DNA of 29,431 bases from a virus (Duplodnaviria > Caudoviricetes): positions 1 to 29,431 of the IMG/VR virus record IMGVR_UViG_3300025066_000113; one strand, given 5' to 3'. Both the position numbers and the translations under genes were made by a program. Every line of letters begins with the position of its first letter. The first letter of the stretch is position 1. Below are positions 23,700 to 29,431 of the stretch, one piece after another. Below the pieces are notes generated by a model that worked only from the letters and a program-made list of their open reading frames with translations, was not told where the DNA came from and did not search any database.

Positions 23700-24907
23700 T
23701 ATCCAAATGCTCTTACTGTTTTCCTCATTCCTATTGCTCCCGTTATAGCATACCTTAAAGCATCAAGAGCATGGTCACCCTTTGCATTTATAGGTGCGTT
23801 AATCATCTCTCCGTTCTTCTCTTGCCACTTATAATTCCTTATCTCTTTCATTATGTTGTGGCTGTCCTGATGAATCAATAGGTTCTGTTGTTGTACTAAA
23901 TTGATGCCATGCTTTACTGAATCCCTGCCTTTGGTACATGGCACTAGCCTAATCCTATTTAGTCTGGCTTCCTCATATCTGTTAATCTCTGCTATTGACT
24001 TCGGTTCGGCAGAGTCAGAAAAAATAGTAACATCCCTGATGCCCTGTGCTATCATCGTATCAGCTAAATCATAGTTCGTTAGCCCTGTCCTGTATATGTG
24101 TTCCTGTACGTAGATATGATGCCCTGACTTCCTTATCTCAACTAATGCTGATGGGTCATTAGTAAAGCCAAAGTCTAACCCCATAAACCGCCAATCATAG
24201 CTTTCAGTCATCTCTTTAGTAGCTTTCCAATTATTGTATATCAGCCCTTTAATCTCTCCCCATTCCCCAAGTCCAAAGATGCGCCAGAAGTTAGGGTCAT
24301 TCTCCCTCATGTATTCTATTCTTCTTACTGTTTCTTTATCAAGGAATGTGTTGTCTAGATAGTTTGATTTGATAACCTCTGCCCTGCCTTTATCTTCCAG
24401 CTCTGTTTTAATCCATGAATACATATCAGAGGGATTAAAGTCTAAAAACATCTTATTAGGCTTACCATCTTCACTTTTTCTTGATAACCTTAAATACAAC
24501 TGATTAAAGTCCTCATAAGTAAAGCTGTCAGCCTCATTAAGCCATACGTAATTACTTTCTAATCCTCTAACCTTATGGGCATCATCAACTGAAAGGAATA
24601 CTATCTGGCTCTTTGTGTAATGGTATGTAAAGGTGTGTTCTGATTTGTTGTGAGTGCCTAGCTCATAAATCTTATATTCTTTAAGCATATCAATCATATC
24701 TTTATATACTGAATGCCGTAGTGCTGGGAATGTCTTACGGGCTATGATAATCTTTTTGTTAGGCTCTGTGACAACCTTAAAGCACATCAACTGACAAAGG
24801 GAATAGGTTTTGGATGACCTTGTACCCCCTCTATTAATTACTATATCACTCTGTGCCGTTCTGTTCTTCTTGAATATCGTTGTCGTGTTCAAGTCTAGGT
24901 CTGCCAT
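23699..24907 (-). CDS. terL: Terminase large subunit (PBSX/SPP1-like)
   Basis: GGTRSSKT (Walker A), VWLNEA (Walker B), DFNP, GLDFG, DSAEP, DHALDALRY. Confidence 0.97.
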   Translation of the reverse strand: MADLDLNTTTIFKKNRTAQSDIVINRGGTRSSKTYSLCQLMCFKVVTEPNKKIIIARKTFPALRHSVYKDMIDMLKEYKIYELGTHNKSEHTFTYHYTKSQIVFLSVDDAHKVRGLESNYVWLNEADSFTYEDFNQLYLRLSRKSEDGKPNKMFLDFNPSDMYSWIKTELEDKGRAEVIKSNYLDNTFLDKETVRRIEYMRENDPNFWRIFGLGEWGEIKGLIYNNWKATKEMTESYDWRFMGLDFGFTNDPSALVEIRKSGHHIYVQEHIYRTGLTNYDLADTMIAQGIRDVTIFSDSAEPKSIAEINRYEEARLNRIRLVPCTKGRDSVKHGINLVQQQNLLIHQDSHNIMKEIRNYKWQEKNGEMINAPINAKGDHALDALRYAITGAIGMRKTVRAFG

Positions 24908-25232
24908 TCTCTGTAATATTAATTTCTTTTATTGGATTAAAGGTATGTTCTACTTTCTGCTCTTTACCAAACTCCCCTTTAAACTTCCTTTCGAGTAGCC
25001 ATGCCGAGCATTGCCAATTATCATCACTCTTTTCTTCTATGTTCTTGATGTGCCTTAACTTAAATGCCAGCTCTGCCTTTTTAACTAACTCCGAAAAGTC
25101 CGCATCGCCTTTCTGTTTATCAAAGAATGCAGTTTCGCTAATACCTACTATTTCTATAGCATCTTTTTTCTTCAGTCCGCTACTTATTGCCTGTATTACT
25201 GCATCCCATTGCTCCTGTAGTATCATCTTCAA
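24846..25232 (-). CDS. terS: Terminase small subunit
   Basis: N-terminal HTH, W...AWLLERKF...FG motif; directly upstream of terL. Confidence 0.85.
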   Translation of the reverse strand: MKMILQEQWDAVIQAISSGLKKKDAIEIVGISETAFFDKQKGDADFSELVKKAELAFKLRHIKNIEEKSDDNWQCSAWLLERKFKGEFGKEQKVEHTFNPIKEINITENGRPRLEHDNDIQEEQNGTE

Positions 25233-25447
25233 AATATAGGTAAGTTTAGTGTTTCTATTACTGCGAACTCGAACACCTTTGATTCATTCTCGTACTCCAT
25301 CATCTTGCTAATCTTCTCGTTCAGTTCTTTCCATCTGTTGTATGTTTCCTCTGTTACCTTCACCGTTATCGTTTTATTGAATTTAGCTTCACTACTGAAA
25401 TCAGTTTCTTTAAATAAAAGCTTATTGATTTCATCAGTAGGATTCAT
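25229..25447 (-). CDS. Hypothetical protein, possibly ribbon-helix-helix-like
   Basis: KTITVKVTEETYNRW; ATG 25447 preferred. Confidence 0.6.
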   Translation of the reverse strand: MNPTDEINKLLFKETDFSSEAKFNKTITVKVTEETYNRWKELNEKISKMMEYENESKVFEFAVIETLNLPIF

Positions 25448-25616
25448 GGTATTCTCTTTTAAATTGTTTGTAGGCATCAAGTTCTTTTTCTTCTAATATA
25501 TACGTAAATTCTTCACTTTCGATACAATCACCATCTTTATAAACCTCAACCCTTGTCTTTATGGCTTCTGGCTCATCAAATGAAAAGGGGTAGTAATATG
25601 TTTTAAATTCTAGCAC
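25434..25616 (-). CDS. Hypothetical protein (60 aa)
   Basis: ORF track; overlaps both neighbours. Confidence 0.6.
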   Translation of the reverse strand: MLEFKTYYYPFSFDEPEAIKTRVEVYKDGDCIESEEFTYILEEKELDAYKQFKREYHESY

Positions 25617-25945
25617 GTATGTAGTTTTTCTATTTGTAAATATCTCTTTCTATACAGTTCATCCCATTCAATATCGTGATGATGGTTCTTTAGCATATGT
25701 ATTACCGTTGTATGGTCTTTTCCCATTGTCCTTCCGATGTCTGCTAGGGTCATATTGTATTTTAATCTTAATATCGATGCTATCGCTGTCCTTGCCTGCA
25801 CGAATATCCTTGTTCTTTTCTTTAACATCACTTGCTTTTCTTTTATCCCGAATATGTTAGCTGCTAATATCACCAATGGGGTCAGGCGCATATTCTTTGA
25901 TGTTTGGTCATAATTGATAAGCCCTACAAATACATATGGTGTCAT
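25610..25945 (-). CDS. DnaA C-terminal (domain IV)-like HTH protein
   Basis: R.R..V.AR..IA.ILR....TL.DIGR.MGKDHTTVIH signature. Confidence 0.85.
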   Translation of the reverse strand: MTPYVFVGLINYDQTSKNMRLTPLVILAANIFGIKEKQVMLKKRTRIFVQARTAIASILRLKYNMTLADIGRTMGKDHTTVIHMLKNHHHDIEWDELYRKRYLQIEKLHTC

Positions 25946-26289
25946 TGTAATTTCTTTTCAAGTTCTTTAAATCCTGTTTTAAATGCTGCCCACTCTGCAA
26001 ACAGCCTCGTATCATAATTATTGCTCATCACTAAATTACAATCAAATCCCCATTTCACCGATGTATTATTTTCGTCAAGATAATGCGTTTTATATACTTC
26101 GATATGGATGTTGTGGTCATCAAAGAAGTCGTACAAATCCCTCATGTGATATTTAAGGTATGAGCCATTTAAGCTGTTGATGTAATCAATATCAATATCA
26201 TAATCATGGTTCTTTTTCTCTTTAAGCCATACTGTAAATAGCTTGTATGCCTTGACATACATCAAAGACAGGGTTTTATGATTCAACAT
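25942..26289 (-). CDS. Hypothetical protein (115 aa)
   Basis: ORF track; coupled to neighbours. Confidence 0.75.
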   Translation of the reverse strand: MLNHKTLSLMYVKAYKLFTVWLKEKKNHDYDIDIDYINSLNGSYLKYHMRDLYDFFDDHNIHIEVYKTHYLDENNTSVKWGFDCNLVMSNNYDTRLFAEWAAFKTGFKELEKKLQ

Positions 26290-26660
26290 AGATAATTGTC
26301 AATTTTAACCATCGCTTGGTCTATTCCTACGCAAAAGTCCGCTTCAAAGTTCTGCTCCCGAAGATATTCTAATACTCTTGCTTGTTTCTCCAGATGTGAA
26401 TCTTTGTATAATTCTCCATTGATTTTATAAACGGGTTTTGTCTTTAGCTCTATTGCCAGACCACATTTACCCTTTGATTGGTAATAAATCATTAAGTCAG
26501 GGAAACCGCTACTGTGTTGCAATCTTGCATACTTAATAGCCATTCCCTTGCTTAACTTAATACCACCCAAGTCTGACCGAAATAAGACATGAGGATATTT
26601 GTATTTAAGATACTGCGTTACCGCCCTTTGTAAATCATATTCACTAGAACGGTAAGCCAT
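26283..26660 (-). CDS. VRR-NUC nuclease / Holliday junction resolvase
   Basis: SEYDLQ...GFPDL...LAIELK...Q......L. Confidence 0.85.
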   Translation of the reverse strand: MAYRSSEYDLQRAVTQYLKYKYPHVLFRSDLGGIKLSKGMAIKYARLQHSSGFPDLMIYYQSKGKCGLAIELKTKPVYKINGELYKDSHLEKQARVLEYLREQNFEADFCVGIDQAMVKIDNYLC

Positions 26661-26985
26661 CTTCAGCGAAATCTTTCTGGGTTTCTTTTACTGCTTTCTT
26701 CGCTTCAGCACCTATTACTGTTACGTTCCCAATGATATTAGTGTAATACTTATCATCTTTTTTTGAGTATGTCAGCTTACCATCGATAAGGACTTTCGCT
26801 CCTTTGGTCAGGTTTTCCTCCAGCCACTCACTACGCTTTGTGATAACTACGTTGTGCCACTCTGTTTTTTGCTCCCATTCATCACCTTTCTTGATGTTTG
26901 ATGATGTTGCTACTGATAGCTTTAATGCGTTACCGATAACCTCCACATCTTTGCCCAAGTTACCGCATAAAATTACTTTATTCAT
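26644..26985 (-). CDS. ssb: Single-stranded DNA-binding protein
   Basis: MNKVILCGNLGKD...TEWHNVV...KG.KV.IDGKL; acidic tail ending in LPF. Confidence 0.95.
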   Translation of the reverse strand: MNKVILCGNLGKDVEVIGNALKLSVATSSNIKKGDEWEQKTEWHNVVITKRSEWLEENLTKGAKVLIDGKLTYSKKDDKYYTNIIGNVTVIGAEAKKAVKETQKDFAEDGLPF

Positions 26986-27021
26986 ATCGTTTGTTTTTAG
27001 TTAATAAATATTGCCTCAATT

Positions 27022-27273
27022 TTAGAAATCATGGTCTATCATTGCAGGCTTAAATTCTGTTGTATAAAAATAAATTGAATCTTCTTCAATATTAAAATCA
27101 TTGTTATGAGATTTTACGCTTTTAAAAAACCTTTCTTTTGTCAATGTATTATCTTTGTATAATCGAGCCAGCTCAACATCTCTAATCTCTGATGCTCTCT
27201 TTTTAATCTCAAAATACCCATCATCAATAAGGTCTTTTCTTCTTTTCAGGTTGTATAGTACTCTCGTTGCCAT
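27022..27273 (-). CDS. Hypothetical protein (83 aa)
   Basis: TAATG-coupled. Confidence 0.7.
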   Translation of the reverse strand: MATRVLYNLKRRKDLIDDGYFEIKKRASEIRDVELARLYKDNTLTKERFFKSVKSHNNDFNIEEDSIYFYTTEFKPAMIDHDF

Positions 27274-27458
27274 TATGGTATATTTTCAATGTCTGCTGGT
27301 AATTTAACCGCATCACCTACCTTAATCATCTCATCAGCTAAAAGGTAAGCGTTCTTTGACAAAGCTACGATATTTATTTTATTTTCTTTCGTGCCTTCAA
27401 GCTCCCATCTCAATAATTCTTGCATCGCTAGGGCTGCAAATAGTTCTCTTTCTTTCAT
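27273..27458 (-). CDS. Hypothetical phage protein (61 aa)
   Basis: RELFAALAMQ...AY.LADEM motif of a common small phage family. Confidence 0.75.
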   Translation of the reverse strand: MKERELFAALAMQELLRWELEGTKENKINIVALSKNAYLLADEMIKVGDAVKLPADIENIP

Positions 27459-27697
27459 GATGTTATATGTTTAAATTCTTCAGGCGTAAAGCCACTAATA
27501 ATAAATTCTCTTTCATCGGCATCAAGGTAATCAAATACTTTATGTGCCAGCTCTTTATTTTCTTTCCATCGCCTGAAATCCTCAAAAGGAACTACGACTT
27601 TATATTCTTCATTTGTTATCTGGCACGTTTCAACAAACTCCGCTTTGCCATTGTGTAAGATGTATCTTCTTGGATGCCTTAATTTTACTTCTTTCAT
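27455..27697 (-). CDS. Hypothetical phage protein (80 aa)
   Basis: F.YL.ADEREFIISG.TPEE motif of a common phage family. Confidence 0.75.
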   Translation of the reverse strand: MKEVKLRHPRRYILHNGKAEFVETCQITNEEYKVVVPFEDFRRWKENKELAHKVFDYLDADEREFIISGFTPEEFKHITS

Positions 27698-27700
27698 AAT

Positions 27701-28012
27701 TCAATTTTTAATTAATAATAATATTTTATTTATTTCTAAATATTCCCATAATGATTTAAGAGAGTAACATATTCGGTTTTTATTTTCATCATAAATCTCT
27801 TTCCCATTTAAACCAAAATCATTTTCATAACAAAACCAAGCATACATATTATACCCTTTCTCGCCATAAATTTCTATTAAAAGGTCTTTAATTATTTTTT
27901 CTTTAGGTTCATGTAAATCAATAACATCAACATCTATTTTCATAGCCTCCATTATTTTGTCAGAATCTTTTTTTAATCTTTTTGTTATGCTTACAAATTT
28001 TTCATATTTCAT
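27701..28012 (-). CDS. Hypothetical protein (103 aa)
   Basis: WFCYENDFG...SL..LWEYL motif. Confidence 0.75.
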   Translation of the reverse strand: MKYEKFVSITKRLKKDSDKIMEAMKIDVDVIDLHEPKEKIIKDLLIEIYGEKGYNMYAWFCYENDFGLNGKEIYDENKNRICYSLKSLWEYLEINKILLLIKN

Positions 28013-28023
28013 AATAATTTATT

Positions 28024-28305
28024 TTAATATCCTAATTCTGTTTTAACTTTCTTTGTCTTATTCTGCCTTTCATCATATTTCTTACCCCTCAATTCAATAT
28101 GTTCTTCCTGAATCTTTCTCCTGTATCTTGTTATGCTATCAGCACTTGGTATTTTGTTGTTAATAAAATCCTCCCTGAACGTCATCATATCAGCCATTGA
28201 TGCCTTATAAAAGTTCTGCCATACCAACCATATCAGGTAGTTGTCATTATCCCTTGCCTCTGGTCTTTTCATCAGCACCTTAAATACTTGGTCTTGTGTT
28301 TTCAT
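28024..28305 (-). CDS. Hypothetical phage protein (93 aa)
   Basis: PEARDND..L...W...SITR.RRKIQE motif. Confidence 0.75.
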   Translation of the reverse strand: MKTQDQVFKVLMKRPEARDNDNYLIWLVWQNFYKASMADMMTFREDFINNKIPSADSITRYRRKIQEEHIELRGKKYDERQNKTKKVKTELGY

Positions 28306-28517
28306 ATATAATCTTTTATTAATTTCTCAACATATGATTTTACTTCAGCATCGAATATGTCATCAGTAACTGATTTCCCTTTATATTTTTCTTTAATAAA
28401 TTTAAGGCAACCATCTTTGAAATCCTTTTGCTTTATATCTATCTCTATCTTTTTATGTCTGATATTGAAAGTATCTGTGCTTTCATCAAACAATAATGCT
28501 ACTTCATCGTCTTTCAT
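28302..28517 (-). CDS. Hypothetical protein (71 aa)
   Basis: ATGA-coupled on both sides. Confidence 0.7.
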   Translation of the reverse strand: MKDDEVALLFDESTDTFNIRHKKIEIDIKQKDFKDGCLKFIKEKYKGKSVTDDIFDAEVKSYVEKLIKDYI

Positions 28518-28729
28518 AATAGGTTTTTTTGTTTTATTTTATTTAGCATTTTTTCATATTGTTTAGGTGTCATTACCTTTGCTCCATAATTATTACAAAG
28601 CATTTTATACGCTTCAAATATTAAATCGTGAAACTCATTTAAGGCTGTATCATCCATTAAAGTTTCTGTTTTTTCATGCAGAACGCCTAGTTCTACAAAT
28701 AATTCTGCAAATATTTCGTGAATTGTCAT
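28514..28729 (-). CDS. Hypothetical protein (71 aa)
   Basis: ORF track; coupled to the next gene. Confidence 0.7.
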   Translation of the reverse strand: MTIHEIFAELFVELGVLHEKTETLMDDTALNEFHDLIFEAYKMLCNNYGAKVMTPKQYEKMLNKIKQKNLL

Positions 28730-28741
28730 AATCTTCTATTT

Positions 28742-28779
28742 TATAAAGTTTTCTATGTGTTCGTTTATATCAATCAAAT
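28742..28779. repeat. Diverged copy of the 3' end of the 28952+ gene
   Basis: 32/38 nt identical to 28955-28992; lies within mini-ORF MIHLIDINEHIENFIK (28736-28786). Confidence 0.8.
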
Positions 28780-28782
28780 GAA

Positions 28783-28938
28783 TCATTTTTTTATTTCGAT
28801 TTTATGGATTTCGTTATCTAAAACTTTTCTTTCTTTTTTGCCGTGATTAACCAGATGAATAATTATCTTGTTTTCTTTATGAATTATTTTCTCAATTTGG
28901 TTTTCAACCACTTCTTTGTCATCTATAAACAATCTCAT
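28783..28938 (-). CDS. Hypothetical protein (51 aa, not in ORF track)
   Basis: MRLFIDDKEVVENQIEKIIHKENKIIIHLVNHGKKERKVLDNEIHKIEIKK; A-rich start context. Confidence 0.65.
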   Translation of the reverse strand: MRLFIDDKEVVENQIEKIIHKENKIIIHLVNHGKKERKVLDNEIHKIEIKK

Positions 28939-28951
28939 AATTTATCTTTTT

Positions 28952-29431
28952 TTATATAAAATTTTCTATATTTTCATTCATATCTATCAAATCATCAAAA
29001 TATTTTTTCAAATATAATTCTTTACATTTTGATTTAAAAACGTGCTTGGTGTTGATATCTTTGAACCTGTCGATAAGTAACCTCAATTCTAATACGTTGA
29101 TAACTTTTGTTTTCTCTAGTTCATAGCTCTGTTTGTAATAATCTTCAGCCTCAATTTTTATTTTATTTATTATTTCATCTGAATATTTAGTAATTTTGTG
29201 CCAGCCAAAGCTAAATAATACATCATAAGCTGCCAGAGGCATCACCCCACTATCTTTATATTTTTCAAAAGTAGTTATTAAGTTGTTTCTAATAATGGAT
29301 TTCTTTTCTTCTTCTGAAATAGTCTTTTCTGGCAAAGCTGGAGCATTATATTTTTCTCTTTCTGACTTGTAAAACTTGTATTTTTGTATCAATTCAGCTA
29401 AATACTTTGGAGATACAGTTCCAAACAGTTC
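28952..29431 (-). CDS. Replication-region protein, 3' part (truncated at the right edge)
   Basis: The frame stays open to the edge (ELFGTVSPKYLAELIQKYK...); resembles helicase-loader-like/DUF6633-type proteins that follow phage replication initiators. Confidence 0.55.
   Translation of the reverse strand, partial: ELFGTVSPKYLAELIQKYKFYKSEREKYNAPALPEKTISEEEKKSIIRNNLITTFEKYKDSGVMPLAAYDVLFSFGWHKITKYSDEIINKIKIEAEDYYKQSYELEKTKVINVLELRLLIDRFKDINTKHVFKSKCKELYLKKYFDDLIDMNENIENFI

Noticed and set aside
866-27658. All other + strand ORFs in the track (866, 2842, 9374, 10988, 11917, 12496, 13246, 13834, 14537, 14767, 15367, 17201, 23026, 24810, 24880, 25305, 26804, 27467; also 28357)
   Set aside because: They lie opposite well-supported - strand genes and show S/F/L/I-rich mirror composition with no motifs.
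1-29431. Stop-codon reassignment as in some crAss-like phages
   Set aside because: Genes tile densely and intact under code 11; TAA, TAG and TGA all end genes; no suppressor tRNA seen.

Overview
A large, co-oriented (all genuine genes on the - strand), AT-rich piece of a tailed dsDNA siphovirus-type phage, most likely infecting Bacteroidota (Flavobacteriia-like). Host evidence: no Shine-Dalgarno motifs, A/T-rich start contexts, TAnnTTTG promoter elements and Bacteroidota-phage-type proteins. Reading in the direction of transcription (29431->1): a truncated replication-region gene and small hypotheticals; SSB; VRR-NUC; DnaA-C-like HTH; TerS and PBSX-type TerL; a nuclease-like fusion; HNH; a tail assembly chaperone with a -1 frameshift site; tail terminator, neck and tail-tip genes; tape measure; three small genes including a Mor-like HTH; an intergenic repeat cluster; ClpP prohead protease; major capsid; tail tube; portal; adaptor; a holin-like gene; tail fibre and chaperones; a lysis region (lipoprotein, YkuD-like putative endolysin, membrane protein); a metallophosphoesterase; a 320-bp non-coding switch region; then early genes including a putative ssDNA annealing protein and a Cas4-like exonuclease. 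No integrase, tRNA, CRISPR array or reverse transcriptase is visible. The most notable observations are duplicated gene-boundary sequences around accessory genes, the CGTAG repeat cluster, the atypical endolysin, the nuclease fusion, the displaced frameshifted chaperone, and strong oligonucleotide skews (GATC depletion, TGCCGT excess). All family assignments come from motif recognition by eye; no searches were run.
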